From: a virus
DNA: 59,589 nt
IMG/VR virus record: IMGVR_UViG_3300044463_000021
Location: 1-59,589 of that record
Strand: one strand, 5' to 3'
Positions 23,537 to 31,471 of the stretch are shown piece after piece. Numbering within the stretch: position 1 is the stretch's first letter; every line of letters begins with the position of its first letter. The notes under the pieces were generated by a model, which was not told the DNA's origin, searched no databases, and saw only the letters and a program-made list of their open reading frames with translations. Both the position numbers and the translations under genes were made by a program.

Positions 23537-23970
23537 AGCAGCTCCAGCATGATCGTGGTGGCGTGTTCGTCGGGTCGTGCGCGCATGCCGAGCAGGGTTG
23601 TCGGCGCTGGCGCGGTCAGGTCTTGCGGCCAGATCGTGCCGTCGAGTCCAGCCTGCCGGCGGGCGTAGGCGAGCAGGTCGCCGAAGGTTGCCGCAGGCAG
23701 AACCCAGCCGAAACGTTCGACACGTCCGGTGTGGAGTGCGGATTGGATGTCTAAGAGCTGGCGGATCAGCTGCTCTCTGAGCTGCTCTTCGGGTGCGGGT
23801 GGCTGCGGTCCGGGATCTAGGTTCGTGAGGGCTCGCAGTGCGGCCGGGTTCAAGCCGCCTGATGGTGGTGGGGTGGTCACGGTTTCGCCGGTGTCGCCGT
23901 CGATGAAGACGGGTACGCCCATTTCTCGGGCGAGTTTGGCGTTGCCGCCGTAGAAGATGATCGGGTTCAT
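23533..23970 (-). CDS. Hypothetical protein (145 aa).
   Basis: Coupled ORF with coding-like composition. Confidence 0.55.
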   Translation of the reverse strand: MNPIIFYGGNAKLAREMGVPVFIDGDTGETVTTPPPSGGLNPAALRALTNLDPGPQPPAPEEQLREQLIRQLLDIQSALHTGRVERFGWVLPAATFGDLLAYARRQAGLDGTIWPQDLTAPAPTTLLGMRARPDEHATTIMLELL

Positions 23971-24161
23971 GGTGTCTCGCTTTCGTGGTGTGCGCTGATC
24001 CCGAACCCGTACCGCCGCTGTCCGGGCAGGTCGGGGCTGTTGCGTAGTGCGGTGTGGAGTCCGCGTGCGGCGATGCTGCCGGCAGGTGTGTTGCCTTCGC
24101 GGATGGCGTTGGCGAGGTTGTTGATGGCTTCGGCGAGGGTTTTGGCAGCGTCGTCGGTCAT
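23967..24161 (-). CDS. Hypothetical protein (64 aa).
   Basis: Coupled ORF. Confidence 0.45.
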   Translation of the reverse strand: MTDDAAKTLAEAINNLANAIREGNTPAGSIAARGLHTALRNSPDLPGQRRYGFGISAHHESETP

Positions 24162-24168
24162 GGCGATT

Positions 24169-24396
24169 TCACGGCACGATCACCTGACCTTCCGGGTCGA
24201 TGCAGATCCAGTCTTTGCCCAGGTCGACGACACGTCCGCCCGCGTCGGTGCAGGCCGTGTGGAATTGGGTGCTCTGCCGGATGCTCATGGTGATGCCGAA
24301 ACACCCGCACGTGATCATGCCGACGATGAACGCAGCGGCGGCGATCCAGCCGATGCGCCTTCGCAACGTTCCGTTGCGAAGGCGTTCACGCTTCAT
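24169..24396 (-). CDS. Small membrane protein (75 aa).
   Basis: One TM segment, IGWIAAAAFIVGMITCGCFGI. Confidence 0.5.
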   Translation of the reverse strand: MKRERLRNGTLRRRIGWIAAAAFIVGMITCGCFGITMSIRQSTQFHTACTDAGGRVVDLGKDWICIDPEGQVIVP

Positions 24397-24641
24397 GGCG
24401 TGAAGCTGCTTTCGGTGCAGTAGCCAGCGGGCATGGCTGGTTCGTCAAGCAGGCCAAGCAGCAAAGCGGCCGCGAGCATGGCGCTGGCTGTGAAGGCTGC
24501 GACGGCGACACCCGGCCAGATCGGCGAGGGTTCGCCAGGGTCGTGGCGGCGCATAATCGGCCCGATCAGCCAGTTGCCCAGAACAAATCCGGCAACAAGC
24601 ACGGCGGTCAGGATCAATGGGCCGAGGCCTTCGGCGATCAT
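24393..24641 (-). CDS. Small membrane protein (82 aa, two TM segments).
   Basis: ATG at 24641 (MIAEGLGPLILTAVLVAGFVLGNWLIG). ATGA overlaps. Confidence 0.5.
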   Translation of the reverse strand: MIAEGLGPLILTAVLVAGFVLGNWLIGPIMRRHDPGEPSPIWPGVAVAAFTASAMLAAALLLGLLDEPAMPAGYCTESSFTP

Positions 24642-24880
24642 GATCGGGCTCCTTGGGCGAGCAGGGCGGTGCATTTCTTGCAGCGCCATTCGGTGTGGGT
24701 GTCGGTGTAGGGCTGACGGGTCCAGCCCGCTTTGAAGGCGCGGGTTTCGAGGGTGGCGGCGAGTCGGTTGGCCCAGTCGGCGAGCTGGCTGAGTTCGGTG
24801 TGATGGGCGTGGGACAGCAGGCGGCTGGTGCAGTAGCTGCATCCGAGCTGCATGGCCACGACGGTCTTGAACCCGATCAT
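24638..24880 (-). CDS. Hypothetical zinc-binding-like protein (80 aa).
   Basis: CSYC...CKKC pairs. Coupled ORF. Confidence 0.5.
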   Translation of the reverse strand: MIGFKTVVAMQLGCSYCTSRLLSHAHHTELSQLADWANRLAATLETRAFKAGWTRQPYTDTHTEWRCKKCTALLAQGARS

Positions 24881-25059
24881 CGGTCTCCTCCCAACCGCCG
24901 TGCCTCGGCCTCGACCACTTCGGCCGGCGTTGCGGGCAGGTCATGGTGCTGATTGGCCTTCGGAAGCCCGCAACTGGCACACGTTTCGGGTGGTTTGAGC
25001 GCTAGCGGGTCGGTGATGCCGTCCCAGGCGAAAGCGTGAACGGGAAGCTTGGCCGTCAC
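24877..25059 (-). CDS. Hypothetical protein (60 aa, GTG start).
   Basis: GTGA overlap with the upstream stop at 25056-25059. Confidence 0.4.
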   Translation of the reverse strand: MTAKLPVHAFAWDGITDPLALKPPETCASCGLPKANQHHDLPATPAEVVEAEARRLGGDR

Positions 25060-25544
25060 GTCTGGGCCTCGGGTGGGAGATCTCTGAGGCGGGCGAGCGC
25101 AGTCGGGTCGTAGTGCGGATTGGGTTCGGCTGACTCCTGCCGCTCCCGGCTTTCGCGGACCTGCCACCAGTGCTTCGACGCGTAGCGCAGGCTGTCCGGG
25201 TCGCCAGGCGGGAGCACGTCGCGGACGCCCTGGACGAAGGCGCGGATTTCTTCGCTGCGATCCGACAGCGGGCGCGGGTCGGTTTCAGGTGCCGACTCCA
25301 GCGCCTTGCGGTGGTTGGCTTCGCGGACCCGTTCGCGTTCGACGACCTGCGCGCCCCGGACGATGTGCACCGGCATCAGGTAGTCCGTGGATTCACCGAA
25401 GTGGTTGGTCGCGGCGACGAGGCAGTCGGCGAAGGGCAGGCTGGCGAGGATCTCGTGCCAGACCAGGACGGTGGCGTCGTCGACGCGGCGGTTGTCGACG
25501 TTGGCGATGACGGTCAGGAGGCGATCTGTTTCGGCGAGGTCCAT
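25056..25544 (-). CDS. Replication-module protein (162 aa), function unassigned.
   Basis: It lies immediately downstream of the initiator-like gene, with a 31-nt overlap. Confidence 0.5.
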   Translation of the reverse strand: MDLAETDRLLTVIANVDNRRVDDATVLVWHEILASLPFADCLVAATNHFGESTDYLMPVHIVRGAQVVERERVREANHRKALESAPETDPRPLSDRSEEIRAFVQGVRDVLPPGDPDSLRYASKHWWQVRESRERQESAEPNPHYDPTALARLRDLPPEAQT

Positions 25545-26599
25545 GTGCCTGTTCCTTCAAGGGTTTGCTGGTCGCGTTGGGCTTGGAGTGCTTGCATGCG
25601 TTGCTGGCGGGCTATGGCTTCGACGTTGGCGGGTTTGAGGCGCATGCCGTTGACCTCGGTCAGCTGGTCGCGTGGTGACGCGCGTCCGTTGCTGACGGGA
25701 CGTTCGTCGGTCCAGCATTCGGCGTTGAGCCAGGTGGCGGGCAGTTTTGTGAACTTCGCTTCAGAGCGTTGCCGGGCACCGTCGTCGCGGTAAGCCCTTG
25801 CGCCATCGAGGATCGCCGCGATGGCGGCCTTCTTGATCGCCTTGGCCCATGCGGCTTTCGCTGCGCCCTTGGCCTCGCGTCGCGGGTAGATCTCCCAAAA
25901 CTGATCGAACGCCTTCGGGTCGGCGCGAGCCGGTTTCGACTCGACATCGACGACTTGGCCAAGAGAGGGTTGGGGACTGGGGACTGGGGCTTGGGGCTTG
26001 GGGCTATCAGTTACTAGGTCCGTAACAACTCCCCAATCCCCAAGAGCCACCCCGCCACCCTGGTCGGCAGTCTCGTCCGCAGGGTGGTGACCACCCTCCC
26101 CGCCTGGGCTTATCTGAGGTGTGTCCAATTTGGGCGGTTCTACCGCGTCGGCCAGATCGTCGATCATTTTCGCGATAAGCGCCGCCGAATTGGCGTGCAT
26201 CTCAAGATCCGCGATCCGCACCAATTCCACCCTGAGGGCCACCCTGGCGACCAGGCTGGTCACCAGGGTCAATTGCTCGGCGGCAACGCTCAGAACCTGC
26301 GGCTGGCGGTACACCTTGTCGCGACGGATGAATGAGCGGATCAGCAACTCCTCCGCGTCCCAGTCGATGACGACGAAGCGGGCGGCCTCAAGCTCTTTGA
26401 GGTCCCCCTCTACCCCGAGCACGGTCATGTCGGCCGCGCTCTGCGACCAACGCCGGATGCGCAGCGCGATGAGCCCCGTGTGGTGCACGTCAGCCTGGCT
26501 GATCAAGAACATGAACATCCGCTGGGCATCCCGCGACAGCGCCCGAAAATCAGCGTCATTCCATATCTCGACACTGATTCGGGCTTCGGTTCTCGCCAC
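25514..26599 (-). CDS. Replication initiator or replisome-organizer-like protein (361 aa).
   Basis: The N-terminal region looks like a winged helix, followed by a Pro-rich linker. The C-terminal FDQFWEIYPRREAKGAAKAAWAKAIKK...FTKLPATWLNAECW is typical of phage replication proteins. It is the first gene of a divergent control region. Confidence 0.55.
   Translation of the reverse strand: MARTEARISVEIWNDADFRALSRDAQRMFMFLISQADVHHTGLIALRIRRWSQSAADMTVLGVEGDLKELEAARFVVIDWDAEELLIRSFIRRDKVYRQPQVLSVAAEQLTLVTSLVARVALRVELVRIADLEMHANSAALIAKMIDDLADAVEPPKLDTPQISPGGEGGHHPADETADQGGGVALGDWGVVTDLVTDSPKPQAPVPSPQPSLGQVVDVESKPARADPKAFDQFWEIYPRREAKGAAKAAWAKAIKKAAIAAILDGARAYRDDGARQRSEAKFTKLPATWLNAECWTDERPVSNGRASPRDQLTEVNGMRLKPANVEAIARQQRMQALQAQRDQQTLEGTGTWTSPKQIAS
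25967..26043. repeat. G-run array (six GGG(G) tracts in 7-mer register) plus an inverted repeat, TTGGGGCTTGGGG / CCCCAATCCCCAA, inside the initiator gene. This is a candidate origin.
   Basis: gggttggggactggggactggggcttggggcttgggg lies at 25967-26003. The right arm lies at 26031-26043, across an AT-richer 27-nt spacer. Confidence 0.6.
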
Positions 26600-26640
26600 T
26601 CACTGCCCCCAATTTCGGTTCGTTCGTTCGTGCTAATTAT

Positions 26641-26696
26641 GCCACATGCATGTGGCCACGCTGGCTCGGCACGTTCGCCCAGTGCGGGTGGCCACA
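26641..26696. promoter_or_regulatory. Operator-like palindromes in the divergent region between the replication genes (minus) and ORF 26720 (plus).
   Basis: GCCACATGCATGTGGC at 26641-26656 is a perfect 16-bp palindrome. TGTGGCCACG lies at 26651-26660 and GTGGCCACA at 26688-26696. A (GTTC)n run lies at about 26615-26632. Confidence 0.55.
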
Positions 26697-26719
26697 TCTG
26701 CGTGTGACAATCTGGAGTC

Positions 26720-26950
26720 ATGGCCGAAGACCCAGTAGTCCGGGCGACCCGCCGATACCGCCTCGCGCAGCGGACTCTTGACGCGCGTCGAGTCGAGCTG
26801 ATCGTGGTCGTCGGTGAGGCGCTTCTGAAGCACAAGCGGAAGCAAGGCGACATCGTCGAACTGACCGGCTTTACACGCGAGCACATTCGCCGGCTGCGAA
26901 TTGAGTACGAGGAAGCCATGGCGCGCCCCGACCCGTTCGCTGCCGATTGA
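26720..26950 (+). CDS. Small plus-strand DNA-binding-like protein (76 aa).
   Basis: This is the only plus-strand gene in this arm. It is divergent from the operator cluster. The C-terminal DIVELTGFTREHIRRLR is HTH-like. Confidence 0.5.
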   Translation: MAEDPVVRATRRYRLAQRTLDARRVELIVVVGEALLKHKRKQGDIVELTGFTREHIRRLRIEYEEAMARPDPFAAD

Positions 26951-26978
26951 CATCCGCTTCACCTCCTCCCACCCCTGT

Positions 26979-27002
26979 GGGCCCGCCGTGGTGGGCGGGC
27001 CC
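26979..27002. terminator. GC hairpin between convergent genes.
   Basis: GGGCCCGCC (26979-87) pairs with GGCGGGCCC (26994-27002). Confidence 0.45.
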
Positions 27003-27009
27003 GGTGCTG

Positions 27010-27926
27010 CTACTTCGTGATCGGCAACGTCAGCTCAAGCGGCGAACCGCACGACCACGCCGCCGAGATCGCCTTGCCCTGCTGCGCCATCCGCTCGGTC
27101 ATGTCCAGGCAGTTCTGGAACAGAACCCCAGGGCTGTTGTTGGCTGCCGCGAGGATGTCGTTGGCGTCCTTCTGCGCCTGCGCCGTCTTCTTGCGCTGCT
27201 CGGCGATCTGCGTCTCGGCGAGGGCCTGCTGGTACTTGTCGAGGGCTTCCTGCACCTTCGCGTCGAAGCGGATCAGCGGGATGGTCACCGACCGGACCTT
27301 CAGCGCCACCGGCAGCAGGTCGGTCAGCTCCTTGGCGACCGTCTTGGCCAGCTGCGCCAGGGTGGTGTCCTGGGTGCCGCCCTTGAGTGCGATCAGCGGG
27401 TCGTACTTCTCGAACGTGGCGTTCAATGCGCCGGCGAGCTGACGCTTGACGACGTTGTCCTGGATGTTGCCGAAGTTGCGGTAGTCCAGGTGCAGCTGCT
27501 GGATGTCGGCGGACGGGTCGATCTGCCATTGCACGGTACGTCCACGCGGGCTGTAGCGCCGTTGGCGAGCCTGACGGTGGGTGCCGGGTCGGAGTCGTCG
27601 TCCTTGGCGTCACCGTCGAACTTGAGCGTCTGGATCGCGGCGTCGTACTCCTCGGTGGACTCCCACGGTGCGATCAGGTGGAAGCCGTTGCCGAGGGTTC
27701 CAGTGGGCTTGCCGAACGCCATGGACACCGCGATGTTGCGGGTGGGCACGACGGTGAACACGTTGAAGACGAGCGTCAGCGCCGCGACGAACAGCACGAT
27801 GACGCCCGCCCCTCGCAGCGGGAGGTCGCCGTCGTTCGTTTCGACGCGGCCCTTGGCTATCAGGGCTATCGCCGCGATCGCCAGGATGAGTGTGATTATG
27901 AAGAGGATCAACTCCATGCCTTTCAT
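27010..27926 (-). pseudogene. SPFH / band-7 (prohibitin-HflK-like) membrane protein gene split by a frameshift near 27535-27545.
   Basis: The 5' ORF gives a TM anchor plus VVPTRNIAVSMAFGKPTGTLGNGFHLIAPWES...VRLANGATARVDV. The 3' ORF, in the -1 frame, continues (T)VQWQIDPSADIQQLHLDY...VRSVTIPLIRFDAKVQEALDKYQQA. Confidence 0.65.
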
Positions 27927-28092
27927 GGATTTGGTTCGGTGGCCGGGATGTGGCAGTCGGTCTGTCGCGTCCCGGTTCCCCGCAGGAGTGCGGGATGCTT
28001 GTGGTGGGTACTGCTACGCGGTGGCAGCGAACGTTCGGGTTACGTTGCTCACTTGATCTCCTTCTTTGGGCCTACGCCTGTCGACGTAGGAG

Positions 28093-28112
28093 GGGATAGG
28101 GACTAGCTGGCG
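28093..28112. repeat. Copy A of the 20-bp repeat GGGATAGGGACTAGCTGGCG, preceded by GTAGG.
   Basis: It is an exact match to 28361-28380 and overlaps the stop codon of the 78-aa gene. Confidence 0.8.
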
Positions 28113-28339
28113 AAGCCTTTGCGGCATTTGCGCTTGGCGAAGAACCGCGTCCGGTAGCTGCGCACGAAACGGCGCATCGGGTAGTCGCAGGTGCCCGGCC
28201 TGGCCTCGCGGTAGATGTCGTAGCCGGTGCCGATGTTGTAGACGCGCCACGTCCAGCTGCCATGTGTGGCTTCGCAGATGACGGGTGCGGGGTCGAGCTT
28301 GGTCTTCGCGCCTCGTTCGCGCAGTGGGCCGAGTTCCAT
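28103..28339 (-). CDS. Hypothetical basic protein (78 aa).
   Basis: The ORF is bracketed by the two 20-bp repeats. Confidence 0.5.
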   Translation of the reverse strand: MELGPLRERGAKTKLDPAPVICEATHGSWTWRVYNIGTGYDIYREARPGTCDYPMRRFVRSYRTRFFAKRKCRKGFAS

Positions 28340-28360
28340 TTGCCGTCCTTTTCGGTAGGC

Positions 28361-28380
28361 GGGATAGGGACTAGCTGGCG
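28361..28380. repeat. Copy B of the 20-bp repeat GGGATAGGGACTAGCTGGCG.
   Basis: It is an exact match to 28093-28112 and lies between the stop at 28382 and the start at 28339. Confidence 0.8.
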
Positions 28381-28381
28381 G

Positions 28382-28741
28382 CTAGATGCCGTCGTCTGGT
28401 GCCTCGTCGTCGGGTTCGTAGGTGACTTCCCAGCGGTAGGCGCGAACGTCACGCCGCGCGAGGCCCGCGTTGTCGACGTGGTCCCAGATGTCGCGCACGT
28501 CAAGGCTGGGGCCGTCGACGAGGACCTTGGCGCAGTTCTCGGGGTCGGGGCCGCCGAAGAACACGGCTTCCTCCGTCCACGACTCGCCCCACCCGTCGGC
28601 GTCGGCCAGCAGGCGTTCCACGAGCGACAGCGCGGCGCGGGCATCAGGGTTGTGCTGGGCGTCGCCTCCGTTGCGGTCGCGGATCTCCTGGTACTGCTCG
28701 CGGATCTCCGCCAGCCCGTCGGGGTTGAGTGGGTTGCTCAC
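28382..28741 (-). CDS. Hypothetical acidic protein (119 aa).
   Basis: ORF with coding-like composition. Confidence 0.55.
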   Translation of the reverse strand: MSNPLNPDGLAEIREQYQEIRDRNGGDAQHNPDARAALSLVERLLADADGWGESWTEEAVFFGGPDPENCAKVLVDGPSLDVRDIWDHVDNAGLARRDVRAYRWEVTYEPDDEAPDDGI

Positions 28742-28774
28742 GTGTCTGTCCTTCCAGTTAGCTGTCAGCCCGCG

Positions 28775-28966
28775 TCAGCGGGAATAAGTGGGGGTGTCGT
28801 GCTCGTCGAACGGATGCGGGCAGCGCCAGCACTCATCGGTGGTGCCCTCATCCTGGAAGACGTCGTCGCCCAGCTGCATGGTCGAGTTGTATGCCTCGAT
28901 GTCCCGGGCGATCTGCTCCCGCCAGGCGTCCTTGTCGACGCTGTAGTCGCGGCGGCTTCGCATCAC
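28775..28966 (-). CDS. Hypothetical protein (63 aa).
   Basis: ATGA overlap with the upstream gene. Confidence 0.45.
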   Translation of the reverse strand: MMRSRRDYSVDKDAWREQIARDIEAYNSTMQLGDDVFQDEGTTDECWRCPHPFDEHDTPTYSR

Positions 28967-29349
28967 GCCTCCACTCGTGGCGGGTTGTCGACTTCACCGG
29001 GCAGCAGCTGTCCCGGGGTGTCGCCGGGTTTCGCGGGCTTCCACTCCACGGCTGCCCCGTGCGGGTAGGCCACCGCACGGGGCACCTGCGCCGTGTCCGG
29101 AGCAGACGGCTCCACACCTTGGTTGGTCTCCACTTCCACCCCGCATCGAGGGCAGCAGTGCAGATAGGTGACGGAGACGATCGGCAAGGCCATGTCGGGG
29201 CAGCTGGGGCACATGACGAGCTCTATGTGCACCGGCTGGGTGATTTCGTAGCTGGCGTCGTCCTTCGGCCCGTCGTGGCCATGGTGGACGCCAACGCGGT
29301 TGGTAAGCACGTGCATCGTCGTGGCGACAGCCGTGGTGTCGTCAGCCAT
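28963..29349 (-). CDS. Hypothetical zinc-ribbon protein (128 aa from ATG 29349; the track start is 29361).
   Basis: CPSCPD...CCPRCG. ATGGCTGA 8-nt overlap with the upstream stop. Confidence 0.5.
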   Translation of the reverse strand: MADDTTAVATTMHVLTNRVGVHHGHDGPKDDASYEITQPVHIELVMCPSCPDMALPIVSVTYLHCCPRCGVEVETNQGVEPSAPDTAQVPRAVAYPHGAAVEWKPAKPGDTPGQLLPGEVDNPPRVEA

Positions 29350-29671
29350 TCCGCTCGCCACCTTCGGCGGTCAGTGCACGGCGGGCGTTGATCTCGCACT
29401 GCATCGTGCGGACGGTTGTCGCCCAGTCCGCCGAGTCCTCTCGGTGGGTCTGCTCGGCACGTTCGGCGCGTTGGGTCGCCTCGTCCAGCCGCTGCTGCAG
29501 GCTCTGCCTGTCAGCCTCCACCTCGGACAGCGCGGTGCGGCACACTTCATGCCCGTCGCCCTGCCGCAGGTCGTCGACAAGCTTGTGGAGTCGGTCGTTC
29601 TCCTCCTGCACCGCGATGGCGTGGACCTCAGCCTGCTCGATCCGGTCGGCATCCCTTTCGGCCGCGCTCAT
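29342..29671 (-). CDS. Coiled-coil protein (109 aa).
   Basis: Heptad-like, E/R/Q-rich sequence. Coupled ORF. Confidence 0.5.
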   Translation of the reverse strand: MSAAERDADRIEQAEVHAIAVQEENDRLHKLVDDLRQGDGHEVCRTALSEVEADRQSLQQRLDEATQRAERAEQTHREDSADWATTVRTMQCEINARRALTAEGGERNG

Positions 29672-29829
29672 TCAACTACTCCGGCAATGCTGGCGGCAAG
29701 GCACAGCACGCCCATGGTCAGGTCACGGGCAAGGTAGACGGGCTGCCTGTAAACCCAGTCCTCGTAGGCGGACATGAGGCAGTTGACGCCCACAGCGAAA
29801 AGCGCGGCGATGAGAAGGACGTGGAACAT
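29668..29829 (-). CDS. Small membrane protein (53 aa), not in the ORF track.
   Basis: Hand translation gives MFHVLLIAALFAVGVNCLMSAYEDWVYRQPVYLARDLTMGVLCLAASIAGVVE. Overlaps at both ends. Confidence 0.45.
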   Translation of the reverse strand: MFHVLLIAALFAVGVNCLMSAYEDWVYRQPVYLARDLTMGVLCLAASIAGVVE

Positions 29830-30032
29830 CAGGCCACCGCCTCAATGCATGCAGGCTCCGTGCACGGCACCGCACCCAACTTCAGGGCACGGCCAGCGGA
29901 AAGCTCAACCCAGCCCGCGTTGGCGGCGCTTGACGGCATGCACGCAGGCTTCGTGCCAGGACCACGGCGGTGGGCAGAGGTGGTCCCCGGCACGATTCGG
30001 CCGGCGACGAGGACTTCGGTCAGGTGTTGCAT
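29829..30032 (-). CDS. Hypothetical protein (67 aa).
   Basis: ORF coupled to its neighbours. Confidence 0.4.
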   Translation of the reverse strand: MQHLTEVLVAGRIVPGTTSAHRRGPGTKPACMPSSAANAGWVELSAGRALKLGAVPCTEPACIEAVA

Positions 30033-30805
30033 GTCGCTCCTTGATGTTGGGCGGAAAGGTGGTCGTGGGCAGCGATCAGCTGGCCTATGTGCTCGGTGAC
30101 CGCGGGTACGACAGCGTTGCCGAGGGCGGTCAACTCGTCGAAGCCCACCGAGCGGGGAACCCCATGAGCCACTCGATCCAACGCGGGTTCAGGTAGCCAA
30201 CCGGCCCGCCCCTCGCTGCCACCTTCTGCTCCAGCGAGGGAGCGTCCTTGCGGAACTGCGGCCGGTATTTGCAGAGCTTCGAAGCCATCTGCGCCCGCGG
30301 GGTAGGCCAATATGAACAGGCGTTCTCGTGAATGTGGTGCACCAACGGCGCACGCGGAAAGCACGCTCCACTCCGCATCGAACCCGAGTGCGGAAAGGTC
30401 GGCGAGGACATCACCAAGTCCGGTGTCAAGCAGTCCGACGACGTTTTCCACGAGCACGTATCGGGGTCGTACTGCGCGAACGACATCGGCGAACCACGGC
30501 CATCCCCACCGAGGGTCGTTCTGCGCCCTGCGCTTTCCCATGGCGCTGACCGGCTGGCACGGGAAACCCCCGGCGACCATGTCAACGGCAGCTCCACCTC
30601 TTCCCACCCACAAGGCGGGTGCAGTTCGTACGTCGTCATGGCGTGGAACCTCCGGCCAGTGTCGGGCGAGGACTTCGCGGCAGTACGGGTCGAGCTCGAC
30701 CTGGCCCACGCAGGTCCAGCCGGCACGGTCCAGGCCCAGGTCCATGCCGCCGATGCCCGAGAACAGCGACAAGTAGGTGAGGCTCACGGCGCCACCGCCT
30801 CCCAA
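30020..30805 (-). CDS. DNA (cytosine-5) methyltransferase, short form (261 aa; alternative GTG at 30787).
   Basis: Motif I LSLFSGIGGMDLG, motif IV GGFPCQPVS, ENV (VLVENVVGL), and motif X GNAVVP. Confidence 0.85.
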   Translation of the reverse strand: MGGGGAVSLTYLSLFSGIGGMDLGLDRAGWTCVGQVELDPYCREVLARHWPEVPRHDDVRTAPALWVGRGGAAVDMVAGGFPCQPVSAMGKRRAQNDPRWGWPWFADVVRAVRPRYVLVENVVGLLDTGLGDVLADLSALGFDAEWSVLSACAVGAPHSRERLFILAYPAGADGFEALQIPAAVPQGRSLAGAEGGSEGRAGWLPEPALDRVAHGVPRSVGFDELTALGNAVVPAVTEHIGQLIAAHDHLSAQHQGATCNT

Positions 30806-31026
30806 ACGTCACGGCCCGCGTCGGTGAGCTGGTACCGGCTGTTGGCGTCGAGCACGATCCAGCCGTAGCTGCGCAACTGCTCGACGACGGCGATGCGGGC
30901 ATTGACGCGCAGCACGTTGCCGGTGGTGTTGGTGGGCTGAATACAAGGCCGTCCCGACGCGTTCTCGAAAAGGTGGCCGTAGCGTGCTGCGGTCAGGTGG
31001 GTGCGCTGGTCGAAGGTGAGGCTCAC
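30784..31026 (-). CDS. Hypothetical protein (80 aa, GTG start).
   Basis: GTGA overlap at 31023-31026. Confidence 0.45.
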   Translation of the reverse strand: MSLTFDQRTHLTAARYGHLFENASGRPCIQPTNTTGNVLRVNARIAVVEQLRSYGWIVLDANSRYQLTDAGRDVWEAVAP

Positions 31027-31349
31027 GAAGTCACCGCCTTCAGCTCGTCCGCGATCCGAGCGAAGGCCTTGATCTCCGCGTCGAACCAGGCCTTGTGCTC
31101 GGCGGGAGTGACGGCGGCAGCCCAATCCGCCTTGGCCTTCGCCATCGCCTTGGCCCGCCATCCGCGCGCGAACGGCCGCTCCAGCAGCTCGCCGTCGGAC
31201 CAGCTGTCACCGCAGCCCAGGCAGGTGAGGATCGGGGCGTACCACAGCGACCGTTCGAGGCTGACGACCCGCCTGCGGCGCTTGCAGGTGATGCAGTGCA
31301 GGACGCGGCGGGTGTAGATGCCGCCTCCGCCGCAGAGGATGACGGTCAC
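31023..31349 (-). CDS. Hypothetical zinc-finger protein (108 aa, GTG start).
   Basis: CITCKRRRR...CLGCGDSW. GTGA overlap with the upstream small ORF. Confidence 0.5.
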   Translation of the reverse strand: MTVILCGGGGIYTRRVLHCITCKRRRRVVSLERSLWYAPILTCLGCGDSWSDGELLERPFARGWRAKAMAKAKADWAAAVTPAEHKAWFDAEIKAFARIADELKAVTS

Positions 31350-31471
31350 CGGATCACCGCCCAACGCCCGCGTGCACGTGCCCGTATCGCAGCCCGGTCC
31401 TTGAGCCGCTGCACCGAAAGCAGGTGCAGGACGTACTCGCGGAGGGCGGCACGCTCAGACAGCTCGGTCAC
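31346..31471 (-). CDS. Small protein (41 aa), not in the ORF track.
   Basis: GTGA overlaps at both ends. VTELSERAALREYVLHLLSVQRLKDRAAIRARARGRWAVIR. Confidence 0.35.
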   Translation of the reverse strand: MTELSERAALREYVLHLLSVQRLKDRAAIRARARGRWAVIR

